A stretch of 54,991 bases of DNA from Eubacteriales bacterium (GTDB lineage: Bacteria; Bacillota; Clostridia; Oscillospirales; CAG-272): assembly GCA_045650025.1 (NCBI GenBank), contig JAZRQR010000067.1:1-54991 (forward strand), read 5' to 3'. Positions within the stretch are counted from its first letter, which is position 1; each line of letters opens with the position of its first letter. This document shows, piece after piece, positions 1-9,670 of the stretch. Made by a program: the position numbers and the translations under genes. The notes beneath the pieces were generated by a model. The model was not told the DNA's origin, searched no databases, and saw only the letters and a program-made list of their open reading frames with translations.

Positions 1-1249
1 GGTAGGGGTCGGTCATCTTACACATCGAAACCGCCGCAATGGTGGTCAAGCGCGTCTTGTCCATCTCATGCACCAGATCGTTGAGGATACGGTGATTTTC
101 CAAAAGGTCAGCATCCGAGCCTGCGATCGAGATCTCGTTGGAAAGACCCCAGACCACGATGGAAGCATGGTTATAATTCTGCGTGACCAGCTCCTTCATC
201 TGCGAGATGGTGTTCTCTCTACCACCGGGCATGTGACGGGAGATATACGGAATCTCTGCCCAGATGACCAGACCGCGCTCATCGCACAGATCGTAGAAAT
301 ACTGGTCGTGCTGGTAGTGCGCCAGACGAATGGTGGTCGCACCCACCTCACAGATCAGATCCATGTCCTCTCTGTGGTGCTCGGGCAGCAGCGCGTTACC
401 CACGCCAAGTCTGTCCTGATGACGGGAAACGCCGCGCAAGGGATACTCTTCCCCGTTGAGAATAAAGCCGTTTTCGGGATCGATCTTGAAAGTACGCACG
501 CCAAAGCGCGTGCTGACCGTGTCCAGCACCTCACCGCTCTCAGAGAGCAGCTCTGCGGTGGCGGTATACAGATAAGGATTCTTGCGTCCGTGCCAAAGCG
601 TGACGTTTTGGATATCCAGGCTATGCTCCTGGCTACCCGTGCCCTGTGCAACCACTTCGCCGGCAGCATCGGTCAGGGTATAACGTACGCTGCGACCGTC
701 CACGCCGCAAACCCACGTTTGCAGCTCTACGTGCGCGTCCTTGCCGTCCACACGAGGCGTGACGGCAAAGCCGTTGCCGCCAAAGTAATCCAGATCAAAG
801 TGCGCCCGATTGACCGCGATCAGGTTGACGTCACGGTACAAGCCGCCGTAGAAGGTGAAGTCCGCCATCTGGGGATAGACCTGCTCGTTGGGGGAGTTGT
901 CCACCACAATGGCAATCTCGGTCGTCTCGGTCAGCTTATCGGTCAGGTCTACTCTCCAGGTGGAGTAGCCGCCGTTGTGATGCGCCAGCTTCTCGCCGCC
1001 TACGTATACGTCAGCAGACGAGTTGGCGCCGCGGATCTCCAGATAATAGCAGTCTGCCTTGGGCAGCTCTGCCTTGGGCAGCGTCTTGACGTACAGGCAC
1101 GCACCGCGGAAATAATCGTTTCCGCCGTCCTGACCGTCGGTGGCGTTCCAGGTGTGGGGCAGATCGATCTGCTCACCCTGTCTTACGGTAATATCGGCTG
1201 TGTCCTTACAGAACAGCCAGCCCTGATTCAAATTTACAATGGTTCTCAC
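1..1249 (-). CDS. Glycoside hydrolase family 2 (beta-galactosidase/beta-glucuronidase-like); partial, runs off the left edge
   Basis: Absent from the ORF track because there is no stop codon in the window. Manual minus-strand reading: GGAGA RBS then GTG start at 1249 (VRTIVNLNQGWLF...). It contains GH2 TIM-barrel motifs LRGVSRHQD, TIRLAHYQH, WAEIP and VVWGLSNEI (acid/base Glu). It follows the GPH transporter on the same strand. Confidence 0.9.
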   Translation of the reverse strand, partial: MRTIVNLNQGWLFCKDTADITVRQGEQIDLPHTWNATDGQDGGNDYFRGACLYVKTLPKAELPKADCYYLEIRGANSSADVYVGGEKLAHHNGGYSTWRVDLTDKLTETTEIAIVVDNSPNEQVYPQMADFTFYGGLYRDVNLIAVNRAHFDLDYFGGNGFAVTPRVDGKDAHVELQTWVCGVDGRSVRYTLTDAAGEVVAQGTGSQEHSLDIQNVTLWHGRKNPYLYTATAELLSESGEVLDTVSTRFGVRTFKIDPENGFILNGEEYPLRGVSRHQDRLGVGNALLPEHHREDMDLICEVGATTIRLAHYQHDQYFYDLCDERGLVIWAEIPYISRHMPGGRENTISQMKELVTQNYNHASIVVWGLSNEISIAGSDADLLENHRILNDLVHEMDKTRLTTIAAVSMCKMTDPY

Positions 1250-1270
1250 AATATTTCTCCTATATTTCTA

Positions 1271-2842
1271 TCACTGCTGTGTATTTCTCTGCTCTGCCAG
1301 CTCGGCATTCATCTTGCCAAGCGTCTTCTTGTCCAGATTGTAGACAAACGCAAGACCCACAAACTGTACCAGCGCGCTGAACAGGTACAAGCCCGCAACC
1401 AGCCAGCACATGTTCTTAGCAGTCTGCGCGGACTGACCGATAGTACCCAAGTTGGAAACGTAACCCAGCATACCCATGACCCAAAGCACGACAGAGGGAC
1501 CTACGCCCTGCGCAAGCTTACGGAAGAAGGAGTGCAGCGAATATACCGTGCCCTCTTCTCTGGTGCCAAACTTCCATTCGTTATAGTCGATGGCATCGCC
1601 CATCATTGCCCAGGATACGCAGGTGTACACGCCCAGACCCACGCCATACATAACAAGCGCCACCATGTAGACCACCAGCGAGAGCATCACGTTGCTGATC
1701 AGCGGGAATACCAGCATGATCAAGCCGCCCACAACCGAGAGAAGCGTGCCTGCAACCGAGGCTTCCTTCTTACCCAGCTTGTCTACGATCTTTTTGATAA
1801 AGGGCATGAACAGCAGCATAGGCATAAAACCGACCAGCTGCACGATACCCGAAAGAGACGCCATACCAAAGTGCGTTGCAAACATAACGGTGGTAGCGGT
1901 GGTAGCAGACTGCATACCAAGGAACATACCCATAGCTGCCAGCGTTGCGCCAACGGCGGGTCTGTTCTTCATAAACTTACCAAACGCCTGCAGAATATTG
2001 AACTTTGCGCCGCCCTCCTGGGTCTTGACGCTGTTTTCATCGGTGCGAATGGTAATATTCTTGAGCATAAAGAGAAACGCGATAAAGCCAAGCACGCCCA
2101 TGATCAGCGCGGCAAAGAACACTCTCTCACCAATCAGCACCTCTACCTGCTTACCGGTCAGCGGGTTGAGCACCGCGTCACCCATTGCATAAGCCTCGCC
2201 CGTCAAGGGGTTGGAGTGGAACAGGTTGGGGTCAATGTTATCGGGAACGTCAATTTTGTCAAGGAAGCCGGTCGTGCCGTCGTAGGTCACCTTCTGCCAG
2301 ATCAGCATGGGCAGGATGATGCCGGGCAGCATATTACCGAACATAGAACCGATCGAGCGCCAGGTGGAAAGCTGTGCGCGCTCACCGGTATCCTCGGTTA
2401 CCAGCGAGAGCATAGAGCCGTAGGGTACGTTTGCAACCGTGTAGCAAGCATCCCAGATAATATAGCCCAGCACGAACAGGATCGCCTTGAGCCATACCTC
2501 GGCGTTGGGCGCGGGGATAAATACCATAGCGCCTGCCAGCAGCAGACCGCAAGCACCGATAAATATATACGTTTTGTATTTGCCTTTTTTGTAAGCTCTC
2601 TTGTCGTTATCGATCATGGAGCCGATCAGCGGGTCGTTGACCGCGTCCCAGATCTGTACAAGCAGCAGAAGAACGGAAAGCAGACCGGTCTCCATCATCA
2701 TAAAGACCAACCAGAAGGTTTGTACGGTGCCCTTGAGCGCAAAGCTCATATTGCAGCCAAAGTCACCTGCGGCATATGCAATTTTATCGCGCATGCCGAA
2801 TTTGCGGTAGCCCTTTGCATCAAGCTGAGGTTGTTTTTTCAT
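1271..2842 (-). CDS. Glycoside-pentoside-hexuronide (GPH/MelB-like) MFS sugar:cation symporter
   Basis: 523 aa, multiple TM segments. Motifs DKIAYAAGDFG, IWDAVNDPLIGSMID, YTVANVPYGSM, AMMGDAIDYNEWKFGTREEG. Confidence 0.92.
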   Translation of the reverse strand: MKKQPQLDAKGYRKFGMRDKIAYAAGDFGCNMSFALKGTVQTFWLVFMMMETGLLSVLLLLVQIWDAVNDPLIGSMIDNDKRAYKKGKYKTYIFIGACGLLLAGAMVFIPAPNAEVWLKAILFVLGYIIWDACYTVANVPYGSMLSLVTEDTGERAQLSTWRSIGSMFGNMLPGIILPMLIWQKVTYDGTTGFLDKIDVPDNIDPNLFHSNPLTGEAYAMGDAVLNPLTGKQVEVLIGERVFFAALIMGVLGFIAFLFMLKNITIRTDENSVKTQEGGAKFNILQAFGKFMKNRPAVGATLAAMGMFLGMQSATTATTVMFATHFGMASLSGIVQLVGFMPMLLFMPFIKKIVDKLGKKEASVAGTLLSVVGGLIMLVFPLISNVMLSLVVYMVALVMYGVGLGVYTCVSWAMMGDAIDYNEWKFGTREEGTVYSLHSFFRKLAQGVGPSVVLWVMGMLGYVSNLGTIGQSAQTAKNMCWLVAGLYLFSALVQFVGLAFVYNLDKKTLGKMNAELAEQRNTQQ

Positions 2843-3052
2843 AATCTTTTCCTCTTTCTTTTATTTGGGGATGCAGACATAGTGGGTCACTATTCAGTAT
2901 AAAGCTTTTATCGATTTTGCGTGAGTATTATTTTCATGCTTCTTTGTATTATTTTCACATCGTTCACGAATTTATATCATTTTTGTACAAAATTCATGAT
3001 ATAATCGATAATGGATTATGCGATTTTACCTTACCTTGGATATGGAGGAAAT

Positions 3053-4168
3053 ATGCCCTATCAAAACGAATTGCAGTTTTTGCAAGCCACGCTGACCCGC
3101 TGCCGCGTTCATACACAGCTGCTGCCCGAGCAGGATCTGCCCGCGGCGCTGGGCGTTGCCGAGCCGTCGGTGCTCCCCTTGGCGGCGCGCGCGAGATACC
3201 AATATACCGATCCGCTTGGGCGCTGCTACCTCTACCTGCGCCTGCCGCAGTGTGCAGACACGCCCGTTTTGCTGGTCGGACCTTATCTGACCGAGGCACG
3301 CAAGCCGGACGACCTGCTTGCTGCGCTGCCCCATTTAGAGGCGGGCGATTCCCTGTTTTCCATGCTGGACACCTTTTGCGAGCACATCTGGCAAACGAGC
3401 TCCTTTTCAGTAGTGGACGTCAATCGCCCTGCCCCCATTCCCACCTCGCCCATTCACCAGCCGCTGCACCACGACCGCTACGACGACGTGCTGCTGCGCA
3501 TGCAGGACATGGAGCGCAGATACGCCTTTGAAAACGAGCTGATCGAATCGGTGCGTCTGGGGCAAAGCCACAAGCACGCGCAGCTGTTCTCGGCTGTCTC
3601 GCAGGTGCCCTACGAAAAGCGCGTGGAGGATCCCGTGCGCAACAGCAAAAATTACTGCATCATTATGAATACCCTTTTGCGCAAGGCGGCGGAGGACGGC
3701 GGCGTGCACCCCTTGTACATTGACCGCGTTTCCTCGGATTTTGCCAAGCAGATTGAGCAGCTGCGCCGCCCCGAGCAAACGGGCGAGCTGATGCAGCGCA
3801 TATACCTTGGCTATTGCGCGCTGGTGCAGCAGCATACCATGCAAGATTACTGCACCGCCGTGCGCACCGCCATTTTGCTCATCGACTCCGACCTTTCCGC
3901 CAATCTGACGCTGCATTCCCTGGCGCAGCACCAGGGGCTGAGTCCGGGGTATCTTTCGGACGTGTTCAAAAAGGAGACAGGGCAAACGATCACCGCCTAC
4001 GTGCGTAAGCGGCGCATGCAGCACGCGCGACACCTCTTGCGCTCCACCGATCACCAGATCGGCACGGTTGCCTTGCATTGCGGCATTCCCGACGTGCACT
4101 ATTTTACCAAATTGTTTAAAAAAGAGACCGGCATGACACCCGGTCAGTACCGCGAGAGCGGACGTTGA
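3053..4168 (+). CDS. AraC-family transcriptional regulator
   Basis: C-terminal AraC double HTH (LSPGYLSDVFKKETG...VALHCGIPDVHYFTKLFKKETGMTPGQYR). Start moved from 3011 to ATG 3053 because GGAGG lies just upstream. Divergent from the transporter/GH2 pair. Confidence 0.9.
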   Translation: MPYQNELQFLQATLTRCRVHTQLLPEQDLPAALGVAEPSVLPLAARARYQYTDPLGRCYLYLRLPQCADTPVLLVGPYLTEARKPDDLLAALPHLEAGDSLFSMLDTFCEHIWQTSSFSVVDVNRPAPIPTSPIHQPLHHDRYDDVLLRMQDMERRYAFENELIESVRLGQSHKHAQLFSAVSQVPYEKRVEDPVRNSKNYCIIMNTLLRKAAEDGGVHPLYIDRVSSDFAKQIEQLRRPEQTGELMQRIYLGYCALVQQHTMQDYCTAVRTAILLIDSDLSANLTLHSLAQHQGLSPGYLSDVFKKETGQTITAYVRKRRMQHARHLLRSTDHQIGTVALHCGIPDVHYFTKLFKKETGMTPGQYRESGR

Positions 4169-4192
4169 CTGCAATTTTGTGAAAATTGCGCA

Positions 4193-4221
4193 TTGATTAC
4201 CGCGCACAAGCAAGGTATAAT
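4193..4221 (+). promoter_or_regulatory. Putative sigma-A promoter of the GH3 gene
   Basis: TTGATT-17nt-TATAAT, preceded by the inverted repeat GCAATTTT-gtg-AAAATTGC (4171-4189). GGAGG RBS downstream. Confidence 0.6.
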
Positions 4222-4250
4222 GAATACAGATACGATACAAGGAGGCTTTT

Positions 4251-7200
4251 ATGATACGCTTTCATACACGTACTCTTTACGCGCTGATTGCATGCTTATT
4301 GCTCTGCGCGCTGCTGTTGCCGCTCGCATCTTGCAAGGACACGCCCACCGACCTCCCCCAAGAGCAGCCCGACACCCCAACCGAAGCTGAGACCGAGGCG
4401 CAAACACAGCCCGAGCCGGTATGTGCTCTCTCGCTTACCGCCAAGAGCCTGACCTATACGCAGGGCGGCTTTGAGCTGGTGCTGGCTTGTGACGCGGGCG
4501 GTAGCATTTGCTGCGTGCTGGCGGACGGGGCGGGCGAGATTGCCACGCTGACCGCAACAGCGGCTGACCCGGTTACCCTATTTCTGGAATGTCCGACCGA
4601 CCGCTCGGGCGGCGCGCTGACCTTCTCGGTCACCGCAACCGATGCGCAAGGCATCGCAACTTCCCCTCTGACACTTTACACCAACAACCAACTGGTGCAG
4701 CTAAGCGCCGACGCCTTGGATTGCGTAGTGGCTGCCATGACGCTGGAGGAAAAGGCGCATATGGTGACCGGTACGCAAACCCTGCTCCGGCAGGGCGCTT
4801 CGGGCGGCACGTACGCCATTGAGCGCCTGGGTGTGCCCTCTGCCACCGTTAACGACGGCCCTGCAGGCTTGCGCTATGAAACCACCGTGTGGTATCCCTC
4901 TGTCATCAACGTCTCCTCCTCCTGGGATGCCGCTCTTGCTGCCAAGATCGGCGCTGCCATGGGCGAGGATTGCTTAGTCAAGGGCATTGACGTCATCTTA
5001 GCCCCCGGCATGAACATTCAGAAAAACGTACTGGGCGGCAGAAACTTTGAATATTGCTCCGAGGATCCCATACTCACCGCCTACGTGGCAAGCGCCTATA
5101 CAAACGGCATTCAGTCCACGGGCGTGGGCGTGTCGCTCAAGCACTTTGCCGCCAACAATCAGGAGGTCGCACGCGGCAGCGTGAGCGCCAACGTCACCGA
5201 GCGCGCCCTGCGCGAGATCTACCTCAAGGCGTTTGGCATTACGGTGCGCGATGCGAATCCTTACACCGTTATGTCCAGCTACAACCTGATCAACGGCACG
5301 CGCGTAGCCGTTTCCTACGACCTGCTGACCACCTACCTGCGCGACGAATGCGGATTTGAGGGCATGGTCATGTCCGACTGGGGCTCAGGCGGCACGGTGG
5401 TGGAAAAGGTCAACGCGGGCAACGACATCAACATGCCCGGCGCGGACACCGATCCCGCTCTGATCCTTGCAGCTGCCGAGAACGGCACGCTGCGCATGGA
5501 CATGCTGGATCGCGCATGCCGCAACGTGCTGGGGCTGGTGGTCAAGAGCCCCGTCTTTACCAAGCCCGAGGGAGTGGCAAGCCACATTGACTTTACCAAC
5601 CACGCAGATCTTGCCGCCGAGGCGGCAGCCCAGACCATGGTGCTGCTGCAAAACGAAAGCGGTACGCTCCCCTTCACCGAGCAAAAAACGCTTGCCGTAT
5701 TTGGCAACGGCGCGTTTGCCACCGTGTACGGCGGCGCAGGCTCGGGATCGGTCAGCGCAAGAAAGACGGTCAATATTGTCGAGGGGCTGCACAAATCCGA
5801 TGCATTTGAGGTGTATCAGTACACCTCCCACCCCTTCAAGAAGGCAAAGGCGCATTCCGCACAGGACGCCTCCTTGGATATTCCCGTCTCGGCTGAGTAT
5901 GCCGCCGAGTGTGCCGCCAATGCCGATGCCGCTGTGATTGTGATCTCGCGCGACTCGACCGAGGGTGCAGACCGCACCGACACCGCAGGCGACTTCTCGC
6001 TCAATCAGACCGAGCGCGACATGATCGAGCGCGTCAGCACCGCCTTCCGCGCCAAGGGCAAGCGCGTAGTCGTGCTGCTCAACACCGGCTCACCCATTGA
6101 AGTGCTTTCCTGGAAAGAGCAGGCAGACGCCATTTTGTGGACGGGATATGCAGGCGAGCGCACCGGTACTGCCGTTGCCGAGCTGCTTTGCGGCAACGTG
6201 CCCCCCAGCGCCAAGACCACCATCACCTGGCCCGTGGATTGCTTCTCCACCCCTGCAGGCAAGTATTATCCCGGTACCAACACCGACACCGCATACTACG
6301 AGGATATTTACGTGGGCTATCGCTACTACGCCACCTTTGGCGTGGACGTGGCGTATCCCTTTGGCTACGGACTTTCCTACACCACCTTTGCCTACTCCGA
6401 TTTCGCCCTGCAGGCTCAAGCGGACGGCAGCATTCTTGCCACCTGCACGGTGACCAACACGGGCGCGGTGGCGGGTCGTGAGATCGTGCAGATCTACGTT
6501 TCCAAGCCCCAGACCACCATGGAGCAAGCCGCGCTGGAGCTTGCGGGCTTTGCCAAGACCGCGCAGCTCTCCCCCGGGCAGAGTGAGCAGGTCAGCATCC
6601 ACATCACCACCGACGCCTTGGAAAGCTACGACACCGCAGGCAGCCGCTACGTCCTTGAGGGCGGCACCTACACCTTTACCTTAGCCGCCAGCGCTGCCGA
6701 CGGCAAGGCAACCGCCACCATGACGCTGCAATCGCAGGAGCTGCGCGACGTGACCAACGTCGCCACCCCCGACGGGGCGTTTGATTACATCCAAAAGGAC
6801 ACGTACACCATCCCCATCCCCGAGGAAAAGAAGGAAAACCTGGCGCTGGGCAAGCCCACTACCGACAACGGACACGAAAGCGATGCGCTTGCATCCAAAT
6901 TTGCCGTGGACGGCAACACCTCCACCCGTTGGAGCGGACTTGGTTGCGCGGATTCCGTTCACACCCTGACCGTGGATCTTGAACAGAGCTACGAGATCGG
7001 ACAGATCGAGATCGCGTGGGAATCGATCTCCACCCCCTTTATCATCTCAGTCTCCGAGGATGGCAATTCCTACACGCAAATGGGCGTGTACAACCAGGAC
7101 GCCATGACCGGACAATGCAAGCTCAACCTGTACGGGCAATCCGCCCGCTACGTCCGCGTCTCGATTCCCAAGGGCAGCTTTGTTTCGATCTACGAGCTGT

Positions 7201-7622
7201 ACGTTTACCAAGCCACCGAGCAGGATAAGCAGATGCGCCCCGCAGACACGCAGCGCACCAATCTTGCCAAGGGCAAAGACGTAACTGCCTCCACGCACGA
7301 GGGCGCTTACGTTGCAAAGAACGCCGTGGACGGCGACATGGAAACGCGCTGGGGCTCGCTCCCCTCAGGACAAGCTTGGTTGCAGGTGGATCTTGGCTCT
7401 CTGACCGCATTTGACGAGCTGACGCTGGTGCTGGAATCGGCTTGGGTGCCCTACCGCATTGAGATCTCCGCGGACGGCGAGACCTACCACACCATTTACC
7501 AAGGAAAGGCAGACGAGCTGTTTATCACCTTGACCGATCTTGACGCTAAGGCACGCTACGTGCGGCTGTGGCGCGAGGGCGAAAACTGGTTCAGCATTTT
7601 TGAGCTGGAAATTTACGCATAA
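4251..7622 (+). CDS. GH3 beta-glucosidase-like lipoprotein with a Fn3-like domain and two C-terminal F5/8 type C (CBM32-like) domains
   Basis: Lipobox LASC. GH3 motifs NDGPAG, GRNFEYCSEDP, SLKHFAANNQE, VMSDW (nucleophile), YPFGYGLSYT. Two NLAxGK...AVDG...TRW modules at the C-terminus. Confidence 0.92.
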   Translation: MIRFHTRTLYALIACLLLCALLLPLASCKDTPTDLPQEQPDTPTEAETEAQTQPEPVCALSLTAKSLTYTQGGFELVLACDAGGSICCVLADGAGEIATLTATAADPVTLFLECPTDRSGGALTFSVTATDAQGIATSPLTLYTNNQLVQLSADALDCVVAAMTLEEKAHMVTGTQTLLRQGASGGTYAIERLGVPSATVNDGPAGLRYETTVWYPSVINVSSSWDAALAAKIGAAMGEDCLVKGIDVILAPGMNIQKNVLGGRNFEYCSEDPILTAYVASAYTNGIQSTGVGVSLKHFAANNQEVARGSVSANVTERALREIYLKAFGITVRDANPYTVMSSYNLINGTRVAVSYDLLTTYLRDECGFEGMVMSDWGSGGTVVEKVNAGNDINMPGADTDPALILAAAENGTLRMDMLDRACRNVLGLVVKSPVFTKPEGVASHIDFTNHADLAAEAAAQTMVLLQNESGTLPFTEQKTLAVFGNGAFATVYGGAGSGSVSARKTVNIVEGLHKSDAFEVYQYTSHPFKKAKAHSAQDASLDIPVSAEYAAECAANADAAVIVISRDSTEGADRTDTAGDFSLNQTERDMIERVSTAFRAKGKRVVVLLNTGSPIEVLSWKEQADAILWTGYAGERTGTAVAELLCGNVPPSAKTTITWPVDCFSTPAGKYYPGTNTDTAYYEDIYVGYRYYATFGVDVAYPFGYGLSYTTFAYSDFALQAQADGSILATCTVTNTGAVAGREIVQIYVSKPQTTMEQAALELAGFAKTAQLSPGQSEQVSIHITTDALESYDTAGSRYVLEGGTYTFTLAASAADGKATATMTLQSQELRDVTNVATPDGAFDYIQKDTYTIPIPEEKKENLALGKPTTDNGHESDALASKFAVDGNTSTRWSGLGCADSVHTLTVDLEQSYEIGQIEIAWESISTPFIISVSEDGNSYTQMGVYNQDAMTGQCKLNLYGQSARYVRVSIPKGSFVSIYELYVYQATEQDKQMRPADTQRTNLAKGKDVTASTHEGAYVAKNAVDGDMETRWGSLPSGQAWLQVDLGSLTAFDELTLVLESAWVPYRIEISADGETYHTIYQGKADELFITLTDLDAKARYVRLWREGENWFSIFELEIYA

Positions 7623-7629
7623 AAAAACG

Positions 7630-7655
7630 CAGGGGCTACCGCAAGGTAGCCCCTG
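7630..7655. terminator. Likely bidirectional intrinsic terminator between convergent genes
   Basis: CAGGGGCTACC-GCAA-GGTAGCCCCTG with an A-tract on the left and TTT on the right. Confidence 0.8.
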
Positions 7656-7675
7656 TTTGATTGACAATTTGGGAA

Positions 7676-9280
7676 TTAGTCTTCCTTCTTCTTTGCAACG
7701 AATGCAACACCGATGAGTGCTACAACTGCAAATGCGCCGCCAACGATACCGCCGCAGCCCTTCTTCTCAGCCTCTGCCTCGGTGGTAATTTCCGCCTCGG
7801 TAACCTCCTCGGTAGTAGCTGCCTCGGTAGTCACTTCCTCGGTGACCTCCTCGGTAGTTGCCTCGGTGGTGGGCTTGGTTGCGTTTCTGTCAGCCTCGTA
7901 CTCGGGAATATCCCAAGGATCCTCGTGGTAGAACTTGATCCAAGCGATGTCGATGGACTCGCCCGCGATGCCCTCGGTTGCTACGAAGGGAACGATACCC
8001 ATAGCAACGATCCAGTCCTGCCAATGCTCTTCACCGCTCAGCTCGAGGTACATGTAGTGCCACTCGCCGTCACCAACAACGGTTTCGTATGCGGTGTAAT
8101 CCAGATTGTACTCCTTAAGGGAGGTGGACTTATAAATAATACCGGTATTGTTTGCCTTGGTGGAGGAGGTACGGTACTTCATCACCATGTACTTGGTTAC
8201 GCTGCTTACGCTGACGGGATACTTGTTACCGTAAATGTAAGCGCCGTCACCGGTAGCGGTGATTCTCATGAAGGACTCATCACCCTCGGTTACCTTCTCA
8301 ACGGTCGCGTTGTTGCCGTAGAAGGAATTCACTGCATCGTCCTGAGAGAATACGATGAAGTCACGCAGGTCGTATTCCTTATCGATCTCGCTGACCTCAA
8401 CGCGGTCCTCGATCGGAACCTCTACGCCATCGGGCAGACCTTCAAAGGTAACGGTTGCGAAGTACTGAGCCATCTTACCGGACTGGGTACCGCCGATACC
8501 GTGGCAGAAGGATACCTGCTTGGATCTGAGGTTATCGCCGTCGCCGCCCATGTTCAGAAGCCAGCAAATTCTTGCCTGGTCGCCGTTCTTTACGGTCTCG
8601 TCCATATCCAAAGCGAGCTGGAGGTTGACTCTGAACTCAATGGTCAGTCTGTTGGTGGTCTCGTTGTATACACCTGCAACGTCCTTTTCGGAGTCAGGCA
8701 GGTAGTTACCCAGCCATCTGTGGGTAACGCCGGTGTTACCGTCGGGGTTGATACCAAAGCCGGTCTCGCTGAACTGTCTGTATTCTGCATCAGCCTGACC
8801 GATACCGAACTGAATGGAGGTACAAGCGTACAGGTAGGAGGTACCGCCGGTCTTACCAACGGGGTCACAGAAGTAACCGTCTACACAGTCAATGTCAAAT
8901 GCCATGTACAGGTACTGACCGTCCCAGCCCCAGTATACGTCAAAGAAGCCGTCCTTGGTTGCGTCCATGAATGCCTGGAATTCCTCCACGGTGCATCTAC
9001 CCATGCACACGGAGTAGAACAGGTAATCTTCAAAGTTTTCAAATCTCTCGTACTCGCCAACGCTGATCTTACCGTCAAACGCGGGAGTTACGGGCAGATA
9101 AGGAACCGTCCACTTAGCGGATGCAATACCTGCGTCGCCCTCGTAGACCTCGTCTCTCTTGGTTGCCTCGTGTTCATAGAAGTTTGCAGCCGTGATGTAA
9201 TCATAATCAGCGCAAACAGTGATTGCCAGCGCGGACAGCAGCATTGCAGCCAACACCAGCACGGAAAGCATCTTTTTCAT
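7676..9280 (-). CDS. Secreted/surface protein: CBM9/DOMON-like domain, CBM-like beta-sandwich, Thr/Glu linker, Gly-Cys C-terminal membrane anchor
   Basis: Signal peptide (MKKMLSVLVLAAMLLSALAITVCA). PAFDGKISVGEY and VYWGWDGQYLYMAFDI resemble CBM9-like domains. TTEE linker, then KKGCGG + hydrophobic helix + KKKED. Confidence 0.75.
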   Translation of the reverse strand: MKKMLSVLVLAAMLLSALAITVCADYDYITAANFYEHEATKRDEVYEGDAGIASAKWTVPYLPVTPAFDGKISVGEYERFENFEDYLFYSVCMGRCTVEEFQAFMDATKDGFFDVYWGWDGQYLYMAFDIDCVDGYFCDPVGKTGGTSYLYACTSIQFGIGQADAEYRQFSETGFGINPDGNTGVTHRWLGNYLPDSEKDVAGVYNETTNRLTIEFRVNLQLALDMDETVKNGDQARICWLLNMGGDGDNLRSKQVSFCHGIGGTQSGKMAQYFATVTFEGLPDGVEVPIEDRVEVSEIDKEYDLRDFIVFSQDDAVNSFYGNNATVEKVTEGDESFMRITATGDGAYIYGNKYPVSVSSVTKYMVMKYRTSSTKANNTGIIYKSTSLKEYNLDYTAYETVVGDGEWHYMYLELSGEEHWQDWIVAMGIVPFVATEGIAGESIDIAWIKFYHEDPWDIPEYEADRNATKPTTEATTEEVTEEVTTEAATTEEVTEAEITTEAEAEKKGCGGIVGGAFAVVALIGVAFVAKKKED

Positions 9281-9325
9281 AATGTCTTACCTCTTTTGCT
9301 AAATTCGGATTGCTCCGTCCTAACT

Positions 9326-9354
9326 ATTATACACAATCATGTGAAAATTGTCAA
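9326..9354 (-). promoter_or_regulatory. Consensus sigma-A promoter for 7676..9280
   Basis: Minus strand TTGACA-17nt-TATAAT. Confidence 0.75.
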
Positions 9355-9452
9355 CGAGCGGGGGGCATTTTCAGCGTTATAGACAACTTTGAGCGGCAAT
9401 TTTGGGCACTATATCCCGTCCCCCGATCTGCCCCGCGCCCCGAAAAAACAAT

Positions 9453-9482
9453 AAGAGGTCAAGTCGCGTGACTTAACCTCTT
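9453..9482 (-). terminator. Intrinsic terminator of rpsU
   Basis: Minus strand AAGAGGTTAAGTC-ACGC-GACTTGACCTCTT followed by ATTGTTTTTT. Confidence 0.7.
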
Positions 9483-9493
9483 TCTTGTTATAA

Positions 9494-9670
9494 TTACTTA
9501 TACTTTCTCTTGCGCGCTGCTTCAGATTTCTTCTTGCGCTTTACGCTGGGCTTCTCGTAGCATTCTCTCTTACGGAGCTCGGCAAGAACGTTGGAGCGAG
9601 CCATCTGACGCTTGAAACGTCTCAGGGCGCTGTCCAGAGTTTCGCCTTCCTTGAGTCTTACTTCTGCCAT
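9494..9670 (-). CDS. rpsU: 30S ribosomal protein S21
   Basis: Below the ORF-track cutoff. Manual translation gives [58 protein letters not shown] (58 aa) with a GGAGG RBS. Confidence 0.97.
   Translation of the reverse strand: MAEVRLKEGETLDSALRRFKRQMARSNVLAELRKRECYEKPSVKRKKKSEAARKRKYK

Noticed and set aside
68-2902. 944-aa plus-strand ORF
   Set aside because: Antisense shadow of the GH2 and GPH genes. It has no RBS or motifs, and the real genes avoid TTA/CTA/TCA codons, leaving the opposite frame stop-free.
4178-4192. TGTGAAAATTG shared with 9340-9350 as a common operator
   Set aside because: An 11-bp AT-rich match in opposite orientation relative to the two promoters. It is too weak to call without a genome-wide motif search.
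7765-7875. Repeated CCTCGGT motifs
   Set aside because: These encode the Thr-Glu low-complexity linker of the surface protein and are not an independent DNA repeat.
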